64,000 nt of DNA from Acidobacteriota bacterium (GTDB lineage Bacteria > Acidobacteriota > UBA6911 > RPQK01 > JAJDTT01). Both the position numbers and the translations under genes were made by a program. The notes under the pieces are model-generated. The model was not told the origin of the DNA. It searched no databases and saw nothing but the letters and a program-made list of their open reading frames with translations. The stretch lies in contig OZ253580.1 in assembly GCA_965263035.1 (NCBI GenBank), forward strand, positions 5,728,001-5,792,000, written 5' to 3'. Numbering within the stretch: position 1 is the stretch's first letter; the number at the start of each line of letters is the position of its first letter. This document shows, piece after piece, positions 36,467 to 45,159 of the stretch.

Positions 36467-36769
36467 TCCTCACCCTCCAAGCCGTTGAAGACGCATCCCG
36501 GGATCCGGATCGAGAAAATCCCGGTCAAGGGCGCCGCCGGGCTCATCTTCGCCCTGGGCGTCATGTTCATTTTCTGGGTGGGGGTCCCGGCCGTTCGTGG
36601 GTTTCTGATTTTCGGAGCTTCAGGCGGGCTCGCGGCCACTGCGGCTCTCATATGGTGGCGTAACCGAGACCGGGGCCATACGGACCAGCGGCTCTTCAAA
36701 GGAATCGCGAACGACGTTTCCTCCTCGGATCGAGGCGGTCAAACGGCGCACTCACCGAAGCAGGGCTGA
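36458..36769 (+). CDS. Small two-TM membrane protein
   Basis: HPGIRIEKIPVKGAAGLIFALGVMFIFWVGVP...AALIWWR; two hydrophobic helices; start 36458 or 36434. Confidence 0.65.
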   Translation: MPQSSPSKPLKTHPGIRIEKIPVKGAAGLIFALGVMFIFWVGVPAVRGFLIFGASGGLAATAALIWWRNRDRGHTDQRLFKGIANDVSSSDRGGQTAHSPKQG

Positions 36770-36896
36770 ACCCGGAGCCAAGAATTCTACCTGCCGTCGG
36801 TCGGCTCGGCACATTGCGCCCGGAGACTCGTTTAGGGGCGATCGCTCCGCCTCCGGACCGGACCCTTTTGGACGCTACCGGCGCCACCGCTTCCTA

Positions 36897-36926
36897 TTGA
36901 CTTGCGTTCCGGGATGCCGCTATCGT
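36897..36926 (+). promoter_or_regulatory. Putative sigma70 promoter of the hydrolase/TonB locus
   Basis: TTGACT, 18-nt spacer, TATCGT, about 60 nt upstream of the RBS/GTG at 36990. Confidence 0.4.
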
Positions 36927-36989
36927 GTGCCACTGAGAGCCAGACGCCAGGGGGCGTGGAGTGTTCCTTCCCGGAGCTTGAGGAGTAGA

Positions 36990-38150
36990 GTGACAAAAGG
37001 CTTCCTGGCGGCGTGCCTGATCCTATTCCTCGCGACTTCAGCCTCGACTGTCCCTGCCACTGATATTCCGGCCGACGCGCTCAATCGGTTCCCGGGAAAG
37101 GAGTGGGAGACCAAGCGGCCTTCCGAAGTCGGTTTCGACGAGGAAGCCCTACTGAGGATCCTGCCCCGAGTGGGGATCGGGGGAACCATCATCCGCCACG
37201 GATACGTGGTGGCCACTTGGGGCAACCAGAGGACAGCCGTCCAGACCGCCTCCATGGGAAAGACGTTCAACGCGACCTGCCTGGGGCTGGCCGTCGATGC
37301 CGGCCTCGTCGAATTGGACGACCTGGTCCGGAAGACCTGGACGGGTGAGGGAGAGCTGTCCCATCCCTACAAGTACCTTAACGAGGGCCATCACCGAAAA
37401 ATCACGTGGAGGCATTTCGCCAACATGGTGTCTGGCTTTCCGGACATCGATCTGAGCCGGTCCGATGGCGAGATGGGAGATTCCACCTACAACTATGCCC
37501 AGCGGGCGCCGGGTGGCGAATACATCTACAGCGACGGGGGGATGTGGCGCTTCGCCCAGGCCTTGACGGCACTTTGGGGCAAGGACCTCAAAGACGTCCT
37601 GGATGAGAAGATTTTCCGGCATCTCCAAGTGCCCGCCAAGCGTTGGGGCTGGATGCCCGCCAGAGCGATTCAGGAAAACCTCATGTATCCCTTCTGGCCA
37701 GGCTATGGCCGGTATCTGGACCCGCCCTGGGAAATCGACGGTCATGCCGTGCGGGCCGGACCGGGCTGGGTGGTCATCAATTCCGCCGACGCGGCCCGAT
37801 TCGGCTATCTCTTCCTGCGCAACGGACGCTGGCGGGACCAGCAGTTGATCAGCGAGGAGTGGGTACAACAGACTCGGAAACCGCAGAGCCGCCGGCATGG
37901 ACCCCATGGGGGTGAAGACTACAGCCTGAACTGGTGGTTGCCGGGGCAGGGCGTCCAGGAAGCCCGCGGGGCGAACATCAATTGGCAGGGCGTCTCCCGG
38001 ATTTCGGTGGTTCCGGAATACGACCTGGTGGTGGCCACCATCAGGACGAACTACGTGGCCCGGGAAGTTGTCGGGTCAGCCTATTTTGGCTCCCAATACC
38101 AGGGCGATCGGGATTGGGTCTTCCGGCTTTTGAAGACCATCGTGCGTTGA
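36990..38150 (+). CDS. Exported serine hydrolase (beta-lactamase/AmpC superfamily)
   Basis: GTG after GAGGAG, signal peptide, SxxK (SMGK), YSD at the YxN position, ARFGYLFLRNGRW. Confidence 0.88.
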   Translation: MTKGFLAACLILFLATSASTVPATDIPADALNRFPGKEWETKRPSEVGFDEEALLRILPRVGIGGTIIRHGYVVATWGNQRTAVQTASMGKTFNATCLGLAVDAGLVELDDLVRKTWTGEGELSHPYKYLNEGHHRKITWRHFANMVSGFPDIDLSRSDGEMGDSTYNYAQRAPGGEYIYSDGGMWRFAQALTALWGKDLKDVLDEKIFRHLQVPAKRWGWMPARAIQENLMYPFWPGYGRYLDPPWEIDGHAVRAGPGWVVINSADAARFGYLFLRNGRWRDQQLISEEWVQQTRKPQSRRHGPHGGEDYSLNWWLPGQGVQEARGANINWQGVSRISVVPEYDLVVATIRTNYVAREVVGSAYFGSQYQGDRDWVFRLLKTIVR

Positions 38151-38203
38151 GAGGCCCGAATAACGAACAAATAGGGAATGATTTGATCAGAGGAGCGAGA
38201 CCG

Positions 38204-41200
38204 ATGCGAAGAATCCAAATTGCAATCTTTTTCTTGGGTGTTGCCCTGATGGCCGCGCCCCTGTCGGCCCAGATCACCGCGGGAGGCATCAGCGGCAGGG
38301 TCACGGACGAGACGGGAGGGATCATCCCGGGCGTCGAGATCCTGCTGACCAACGTGGGGACAGCCCGGACCTGGGGTGCCGTCACCGGTGACACGGGCGC
38401 TTACAAGTTCGTATTTCTGCAGCCCGGCGACTATTCCGTTCGGGCGGAGCTGGCGGGATTTCAACCGGTGCTGCGTCGAGACATCGTAGTCCGGGTCAAT
38501 GAAACCGTCGCCGTGGACATCACCCTCTCACCGAGCGAGATCCAGGAAGTCGTCGAGGTCCTGGGGACCCCTCCCGCATTGCAGACCGAGTCGGGTGAGA
38601 TCGGAGACGTGGTCGATCATGACACCATCGTCAACCTGCCCTTGAACGGACGGAATTTCATCCAATTGGTGGAGTTGCAGCCGGGCGCCGTCTCGACCCA
38701 CAAGCTCCCCGGAGGGGGAATCAGCTTCCACAGCAGTATTTTCGGGGGCAACTTCTCGGTGCATGGAGCTCCCGCTGAAGGCACGGTCTTCCTGCTCGAC
38801 GGAATCGACATGAAGGACGCGGTGGATACCCGCGTCGGTTTCCGCATGACCGTCGACGCCATCCAGGAGTTCAAGTTCCAGGCCGGCAACTACTCGGCCG
38901 CATTCGGACGGGCCTCGGGAGGTGTGATCAATATTGCCTCCCGCTCCGGCGTGAACGACTACCATGGTTCCGCCTGGGGGTTTTTCCGGAACGACGCCTT
39001 TGACGCGCGCACTTTCTTCGCCGCGGAGAAGGAGCCCTTCTCGCAGCAGAACATCGGGGCCGCCATAGGCGGACCGATCGTGGAAGACCAGACCTTTTTT
39101 TTCGTCACCTATGAGGCGATCCGGTCGGCCAAGGAAGTGACCCGCGCCGTCAGCGTGCCCACGGACCTGCACCGGCGGGGAGACTTCAGCGAAGGCAATC
39201 CCATCTTCAATCCCTTCGAGCTCGACCCCAACACCGGTCAGCGAATGCCTTTTCCGAACAAGATAATTCCCGAGAGCATGTGGCATCCGGTCTCGGTCAA
39301 GGCCTTCCAGCGGTTGTTTCCCACGGCGAATCGCCCCGGCATCGTCAGCAATCTGGTGGACTCCTCCAACCAGCAGGTCCTCAGCGACCAGTTGAACATT
39401 CGAATCGATCAGAGGATCGGAGAAGAAGACACCATCTTCGGCCGCTATACGCTGGTCCGGTACGATCGCCTCTGGCCCTTCGTCTTTGCTTCACTTCCCA
39501 ATTTCACGACCGTCTGGAAATCCCCGGCTCAGAATGCCGTGTTGGGTCACACCCACACCTTCGGTGCCAACGCGGTCAACGACTTCAGGGTCGGCTTCAA
39601 CCGGCACACCCAGGTTCTGGAGGACTCGGAACAGGAGGTTGCGGTCAACGAGGAGTTGGGCATCAAGGGACTGAGCCCCCGTTTTCTCGGCAACCCCAAC
39701 ATCAACATCTCCGGTCTGGGGGGAACCGGGGCCATCGCCAACGCACCCAACAACCGCTCCGACAACCAGTTCGCGGTGCGGGAGAACTTCTCCTACATCA
39801 CCGGCAACCACAACATTTCCACGGGCACCTCAGTCGACTGGTATCAGATGAACGGCGGCCATGCTCTGTTCGCCCACGGCTTATTCACTTTCAACGGAAT
39901 CTTCACGTCGCAGTTGACCGAAACCGGCACCCAGCCGGGGACGGGGAACCCGGTGGCGGACTACATGCTCGGAGTTCCCAACCGGACCTCGCGGTGTTGC
40001 ACGGTCAATGACGGATTCCGCAACTTCCGCAAGAAGGACTTCGGCATCTACGTCAACGACGACTGGAAGGTGTCTCCCGATCTGACCTTGAACCTGGGGG
40101 TGCGGTACGAGTTGTTCCAACCTCCCTACGAAAAACACGGGCGCTACGCCCAGCCGGATTATTCAAGAGCACCCGAGTTGGTCCTGGCGCACTCCGGAGA
40201 GGACATTCCCCGGGGAGTCTACAAGGCGGACAAGAACAACTTCGCACCTCGGCTGGGTTTTGCGTACCGGATCAACGACCTGACCGTTCTTCGCGGCGGC
40301 TACGGGCTGTTTTACATGTCCCCCAACATGGTCTTCTCGTTCTTCGCCGCCATGTCACCGCCCTACGTCAGCCCGGAGACCTTCATCTCGGACACGAGGA
40401 CGCCCCAGTTGTCCTTTAGCGCCCCATTTCCCGGGATGGGGCTTCCCAGCTTGAATTTCTACTCCAACGACCCCGGATGGACGGACCCCTACAACCAGGT
40501 CTGGAATCTGACCCTGCAGCGGCAGATCGGGAACACCGCCATTTCCGCCTCCTATATCGGCAACAAGGGAACCAACCTCCTCACCGTCTTCAATACCAAC
40601 TCCCCGCTGAGACCGGGGCCGGGATCCGTTGCCTCGCGCCGAATCATCCCTTCCATCGTGAACGACACCCGCACCGACAACCAGGGCCGGTCGGCCTACC
40701 ATGGGTTGGAGTTGAGGGCGGAGCAGCGATTCTCCGGGGGCCTGGGCTTCCTCGCCTCGTACGTCTGGTCCAGGTGCATGGATACCGGGAGCGTTCAGGT
40801 CAACGGGGACGGTTCTCCCCGAGGCACACGGGACCCGCGCAACTTCGACGAGGATTGGGGACCCTGTCAATACGACGTTCCGCACCGCCTCGCGGCGAAT
40901 TGGATCTATCAGCTTCCCTTCGGTAAGGGAATGGGGGGACTCGGCGGATTGTTGCTCAGGAACTGGCGGATTCAAGGGATCGTGACCCTGGAGGGCGGCC
41001 AGCCGTTCCATATCGGACTGCCCTACGACAACAGCAACACCGGACTCGGGACCGACGTTCCGGATCGCGTGTCTAGTCAGGACCCCAATGCCGGGCCCAA
41101 GACCGTGCAGCAGTTCTTCAATATCAAGGCCTTTCAGAATCCGGTGCCGTTCACCTATGGGAATCTGGGCCGCAACGTGACCCGGGGTCCGGGGTTCGCC

Positions 41201-41398
41201 AACGTCGACTTCGGCCTGCATCGCAGGTTCCCCATTACCGAAGACCATGTGCTTGAGTTCCGCGGCGAGGTGTTCAACGCCCTCAACCGGGCCAACTTCC
41301 TGCAGCCGGCCAATACCTTCGGCACGCCTGCCTTCGGTGTCATCGGAGGAGCCTTCGAGGCGAGGGAGATCCAGTTCTCGCTGAAGTTCACCTTCTAG
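38204..41398 (+). CDS. TonB-dependent receptor (Oar-like) with N-terminal carboxypeptidase-regulatory-like domain
   Basis: Signal peptide, ISGRVTDETGGIIPG, LPLNGRNF, DAIQEFK, DDWKV...LNLGVRYE, NNFAPRLGFAY, terminal QFSLKFTF. Confidence 0.95.
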   Translation: MRRIQIAIFFLGVALMAAPLSAQITAGGISGRVTDETGGIIPGVEILLTNVGTARTWGAVTGDTGAYKFVFLQPGDYSVRAELAGFQPVLRRDIVVRVNETVAVDITLSPSEIQEVVEVLGTPPALQTESGEIGDVVDHDTIVNLPLNGRNFIQLVELQPGAVSTHKLPGGGISFHSSIFGGNFSVHGAPAEGTVFLLDGIDMKDAVDTRVGFRMTVDAIQEFKFQAGNYSAAFGRASGGVINIASRSGVNDYHGSAWGFFRNDAFDARTFFAAEKEPFSQQNIGAAIGGPIVEDQTFFFVTYEAIRSAKEVTRAVSVPTDLHRRGDFSEGNPIFNPFELDPNTGQRMPFPNKIIPESMWHPVSVKAFQRLFPTANRPGIVSNLVDSSNQQVLSDQLNIRIDQRIGEEDTIFGRYTLVRYDRLWPFVFASLPNFTTVWKSPAQNAVLGHTHTFGANAVNDFRVGFNRHTQVLEDSEQEVAVNEELGIKGLSPRFLGNPNINISGLGGTGAIANAPNNRSDNQFAVRENFSYITGNHNISTGTSVDWYQMNGGHALFAHGLFTFNGIFTSQLTETGTQPGTGNPVADYMLGVPNRTSRCCTVNDGFRNFRKKDFGIYVNDDWKVSPDLTLNLGVRYELFQPPYEKHGRYAQPDYSRAPELVLAHSGEDIPRGVYKADKNNFAPRLGFAYRINDLTVLRGGYGLFYMSPNMVFSFFAAMSPPYVSPETFISDTRTPQLSFSAPFPGMGLPSLNFYSNDPGWTDPYNQVWNLTLQRQIGNTAISASYIGNKGTNLLTVFNTNSPLRPGPGSVASRRIIPSIVNDTRTDNQGRSAYHGLELRAEQRFSGGLGFLASYVWSRCMDTGSVQVNGDGSPRGTRDPRNFDEDWGPCQYDVPHRLAANWIYQLPFGKGMGGLGGLLLRNWRIQGIVTLEGGQPFHIGLPYDNSNTGLGTDVPDRVSSQDPNAGPKTVQQFFNIKAFQNPVPFTYGNLGRNVTRGPGFANVDFGLHRRFPITEDHVLEFRGEVFNALNRANFLQPANTFGTPAFGVIGGAFEAREIQFSLKFTF

Positions 41399-41426
41399 GA
41401 GTCTGCGCCCGGGGACTGAATGAAAT

Positions 41427-41478
41427 GCAGGGGGGAGACGACAGTACCTGTATACAGGGCACTGAAGACTCCCCCTGC
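41427..41478 (+). other. Long stem-loop after the TonB receptor gene
   Basis: GCAGGGGGGAG...CAGT-A-CCTG-TATA-CAGG-GC-ACTG...CTCCCCCTGC; possible terminator or mRNA stabiliser. Confidence 0.55.
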
Positions 41479-41507
41479 GCTGTAGAACCAAGTACCGAAA
41501 GAGAAGC

Positions 41508-42542
41508 ATGTCCAACCTGGGAATCGGTCGACTGACCAGAGCGTTGGCCGCTCTCTGCGTCCTGTCTGTCGGCATCGTTTTCGACCCGGCTCCGGTTCGC
41601 TCGGCTACCGAACCGGAGGAAGTCATCCTCGATCTCGGATCGGGCGTTCAACTGGAGATGGTTCGGATGCCGGCCGGCGAGTTCATGATGGGGGAGACCG
41701 ACTGGTCCCGTGCCCTGATCGGTCTCTTTGCTCCCCATGATCTCCGGGCTCGTCAGGTGACCATCACCAAAGCCTTCTACCTGGGGAAATACGAAGTCAC
41801 GGTGGGGCAGTTCCGCCGCTTCGTGGAGGAGACCGGCTATCGCACGGACGCCGAAACGGGACGCCGTTCGTGGAAGGCACCGGGGAAGGGCTGCTATACC
41901 ATGGTGGGCGGGAACTGGGAGCCCAAGTCCGATGCCTCCTGGCAGAATCCCGGTTTCTCCCAAGAATCCGATCATCCCGTCACCTGCATCAGCTGGTTCG
42001 ACGCCGCGGAGTTCTGCCGGTGGCTGAGCCGCCAGGCGGAACGAACGGCCCGCCTCCCAACCGAAGGCGAGCTGGAGTACAGCCAGCGTGCCCTGACCGT
42101 CACCCGCTACTACTGGGGGAAGAGACCCGCCGACTATGTGCGGGATCCCCGGCTTCCCATCGGTTATTGGGCCAACGTGGCAGACGCCGCGATGGCGGAC
42201 GATTCCGACGCCGACCTGTTCTTGACCGGGACCGAGATGCGCAGTTTCACCCCTGAGGGAAGGGACGACGGATACGATCGTACGGCGCCTGTGGGAAAAT
42301 TCTACCCGAACCCGCGGGGACTCTACGACGCCATCGGCAACGTCTGGGAATACACCCTGGACTGGGCGGGTGAAGACCCGGCCCGAACCGATCCACGGGG
42401 TCCGGACGAAGGCGGGGTCCGGAGCATGCGGGGAGGGAGTTGGCTCAATAGCCCGGACGCCTATCGGCCTTCCTACCGGCCGGAAATCGATCCGGCGGGA
42501 CGAACCAGCACCCGGGGCATGCGTGTCCTGGTGGAAGAATGA
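41508..42542 (+). CDS. FGE/SUMF1-fold protein, exported, lacking the catalytic cysteines
   Basis: PAGEFMMG, YEVTVGQF, HPVTCISWFDA, RLPTEGELEY, NPRGLYDAIGNVWE, RGGSW. Confidence 0.92.
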   Translation: MSNLGIGRLTRALAALCVLSVGIVFDPAPVRSATEPEEVILDLGSGVQLEMVRMPAGEFMMGETDWSRALIGLFAPHDLRARQVTITKAFYLGKYEVTVGQFRRFVEETGYRTDAETGRRSWKAPGKGCYTMVGGNWEPKSDASWQNPGFSQESDHPVTCISWFDAAEFCRWLSRQAERTARLPTEGELEYSQRALTVTRYYWGKRPADYVRDPRLPIGYWANVADAAMADDSDADLFLTGTEMRSFTPEGRDDGYDRTAPVGKFYPNPRGLYDAIGNVWEYTLDWAGEDPARTDPRGPDEGGVRSMRGGSWLNSPDAYRPSYRPEIDPAGRTSTRGMRVLVEE

Positions 42543-42699
42543 TCTCTTCGAATCGAGACCTGCCCGGCTCTCCCGTTCCTGATCCGACCAATACTCAAAG
42601 TCCGATCACCGGTTCTCATCGAGGATTCGAGGACCCCTCTTTCTGTCGGGGCGAACCATTCCGTGTTTTCCGGCAGGAGGCTCCGGAATACGGCACCGA

Positions 42700-44739
42700 A
42701 TGACCCAAGAAGATCCAAGGTCCCGGCCTGAGTACGAGGTGAGACTGGACCGCCGGGTCCGCGTCCCGATGAGAGATGGGGTGGAGTTGGCAGCCGTCGT
42801 GGTTCGCCCCCGTGCGGAGGGACGGTTTCCGGCCATCATGTCCTACAACCCCTATCGTTGGCTGAGGCAGGTCAAGGACACCAGTTCGGACACGACCTAC
42901 AACCACCGCTGGGACGGGCCTCCCTACTTTGCCCAACGAGGCTACGCCGTCGTGTATTTCGACGTCCGCGGCACCGGAAACTCGGGCGGGAACACCCAGG
43001 ACCTCTATTCCGATGAGGAGCGCCTGGACGCCTGCGACATGGTGGAGTGGATCGCCGCCCAACCCTGGTGCAGCGGCAACGTCGGCATGTGGGGCATGTC
43101 CTACGGCGGCGTCGTGCAGTGGCAGGTGGGAGTGCAGAATCCTCCCGCTCTGAAGACCCTGGTGATCGGATCTTCCAATACGGACGTCTACCTGGACTGG
43201 ACGAATCCGGGCGGCAGCATTCGTCCCTACATGTTCGACAGCTTCGCGCCCATGATGACCGCCTTCAACGCGGCTCCGCCCGATGCGGAAATCGTCGGAC
43301 CCCGCTGGGCCGGGTTATGGGAGGAACGCCTGGAAAAGAACGTTCCCTGGGGAATCGGCCTCATCTCGAACCTCCTTCAGGGACCCTACTGGCGCGATCG
43401 CTCCCTGCAGCCGGACTACGGCCGGATCAAGGTCCCCGTCATGTTCTGGTGCGGCTGGGCGGATCCGTATCCCACTCCCATCCTGAGGGCTTTCTCCAAG
43501 CTCGACGTCCCCAAGAAGATCCTGCTCGGCCCTTGGGGGCACTACTGGCCGGAGGAGGCTCTGCCGGGTCCCCGGATCGATTTCAGGCACGAGATGCTCA
43601 AATGGTTCGATCGGTGGCTCAAGGGTGAGGACACCGGCGTCATGAAAGAACCCGCCGTAACCCTCTTCGTACGCCGGTACAAGCGGCCGGTGGCTCATAT
43701 GTACCTGGAGGACGCCGGTTTCTGGAGGCACGAAGACGAGTGGCCGCCGGCTCGGAACCAGAACACTCCCTTCTACTTGCACCCCGGCGGAGAGTTGAGC
43801 CGGAAGGCTCCCACCGGTGAGAGTGCGCCCGACGACTACGCCTACAATCCGGCCGTTGGAATCAGCGCGGGAATCTACTGGGGCGGGGGGATCATGCCCT
43901 GGGCCATGCCGGTGGACCAGCGGCTCGACGAGGCCTGGTCCTTGACCTATACGACTCCCCCTCTGGAGAAGGATCTAGAGGTCACAGGGAACCCGAAGGC
44001 CGTGCTCCACGTGGCGTCCTCGGCCGACACCGCCTATTTCCACGTGAAGCTCGCCGACGTGGCGCCGGACGGCACCTCGAAATGGCTGGCGGACGGCGGG
44101 TTGCTCGCCACCCACCGCAATTCTCACTCAGAGCCGGAACCGATGGAGCCTGGACAGGTCTACGAGCTGGAAGTCGATCTGAAGTACGTTTCGTACCTGT
44201 TCGAAAAGGGCCACTGCATTCGGGTGAGTGTTGCCAGCGCGGATTTTCAGAACGCCTGGCCCACGGCCAAGCCGGCGGTCAACCGGGTCCACCGTGACCG
44301 GCAATACCCATCTCATATTGTTATGCCGATCACGCCGGTCCAGAGTCCGCAGCTGAGCGCGCCGGACTTGAAGCCATCTCCCCGGCCGGCCGCGACGATG
44401 GGGGATATCAGCCAGAGCACTCGGCACGAGATCACCCACGATCTGGTCGATGAAACGGTGACGGCGACTCTGGAGAGAGTCTCGGAGACGGGCCCGGCCC
44501 CCGGACTGGCGCATTCCAACTATACGGTTTCGCGCCGCAATCCCGCGGAAGCGGTTCTCCAGGCCCGTTACGTCTATGAAGTCCCGCCTGCGGGGTCCGG
44601 AATGACCGTGGAAGCCAATGAATCTCTGACCAGCGATCTGGAGTCGTTTCATTTTCTGAGCCAAGTGGAGGTGACACTGGGCGGCAAGCGCCACTTCCAA
44701 AAGAGTTGGAGGGTCAGCGTGCCCCGCAAGCTGAACTGA
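42700..44739 (+). CDS. CocE/NonD family hydrolase 1 (no signal peptide)
   Basis: PMRDG, DVRGTGNSGG, nucleophile GMSYGG, GWAD, GPWGH. Confidence 0.93.
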   Translation: MTQEDPRSRPEYEVRLDRRVRVPMRDGVELAAVVVRPRAEGRFPAIMSYNPYRWLRQVKDTSSDTTYNHRWDGPPYFAQRGYAVVYFDVRGTGNSGGNTQDLYSDEERLDACDMVEWIAAQPWCSGNVGMWGMSYGGVVQWQVGVQNPPALKTLVIGSSNTDVYLDWTNPGGSIRPYMFDSFAPMMTAFNAAPPDAEIVGPRWAGLWEERLEKNVPWGIGLISNLLQGPYWRDRSLQPDYGRIKVPVMFWCGWADPYPTPILRAFSKLDVPKKILLGPWGHYWPEEALPGPRIDFRHEMLKWFDRWLKGEDTGVMKEPAVTLFVRRYKRPVAHMYLEDAGFWRHEDEWPPARNQNTPFYLHPGGELSRKAPTGESAPDDYAYNPAVGISAGIYWGGGIMPWAMPVDQRLDEAWSLTYTTPPLEKDLEVTGNPKAVLHVASSADTAYFHVKLADVAPDGTSKWLADGGLLATHRNSHSEPEPMEPGQVYELEVDLKYVSYLFEKGHCIRVSVASADFQNAWPTAKPAVNRVHRDRQYPSHIVMPITPVQSPQLSAPDLKPSPRPAATMGDISQSTRHEITHDLVDETVTATLERVSETGPAPGLAHSNYTVSRRNPAEAVLQARYVYEVPPAGSGMTVEANESLTSDLESFHFLSQVEVTLGGKRHFQKSWRVSVPRKLN

Positions 44740-44761
44740 GCCCCGGTTGATTTTTTCTAGC

Positions 44762-44920
44762 GAGTCTGCGCGGTAGAAATGATCGTAGCGAGAAAGTGGG
44801 GAATCGAGGCCAGATTTTCTCGATTTGGAGGTGCATAGTTGTTCTATTCGCCGAGAAATCGGGGAAATATGGACCGATTCTACCGCTTTCGCAGTAGATC
44901 AATTTCTGCGGCGCAGGCTC
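44762..44920 (+). mobile_element. MITE family A, copy 3
   Basis: Near-identical to 3710-3869; CTAG at 44757-44760 and 44921-44924. Confidence 0.85.
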
Positions 44921-44924
44921 CTAG

Positions 44925-45084
44925 CAGTCCGTGGTGAAAGTCCCGCGAGCACCGAGACCGTTCCTGCGCCCGCCGGACCAGGCGCAACGGAGGGAGCATA
45001 CCGGGAGTATGTGAGCCGATAGCAACGCAGTCCGCGCACGATGCAGGGACGGTCGAATGCCGCGACGACTTTTGCCACGGGCTG
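44925..45084. mobile_element. MITE family B (160 bp)
   Basis: TIRs CAGTCCGTGGTGAAAGTC / GACTTTTGCCACGGGCTG (15/18 match) flanked on both sides by CTAG (44921-44924, 45085-45088). Confidence 0.8.
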
Positions 45085-45159
45085 CTAGGGTCCGGCGGGC
45101 TCCGGAGAGGTTCTGTAACGACCGGGCCTGAAGCGTCCGGACTGCGAAGGAGAGTCATC

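Noticed and set aside
36897-36989. Upstream extensions given by the ORF track (for example 36897, 37934, 7061, 11042, 13555, 16671, 23771, 57375, 59347, 59396)
   Set aside because: Downstream starts have better RBS, signal-peptide or ATGA-coupling support; the extensions overlap neighbours or promoter-like sequence.
36990-38150. Serine hydrolase as a beta-lactam resistance gene
   Set aside because: SxxK is present but YxN is YSD and no KTG triad is seen; the context is catabolic, so a generic amidase/esterase is more plausible.
41508-42542. FGE-fold protein as a diversity-generating retroelement target
   Set aside because: No reverse transcriptase and no template repeat matching the 3' end with adenine-specific differences was seen in the window.
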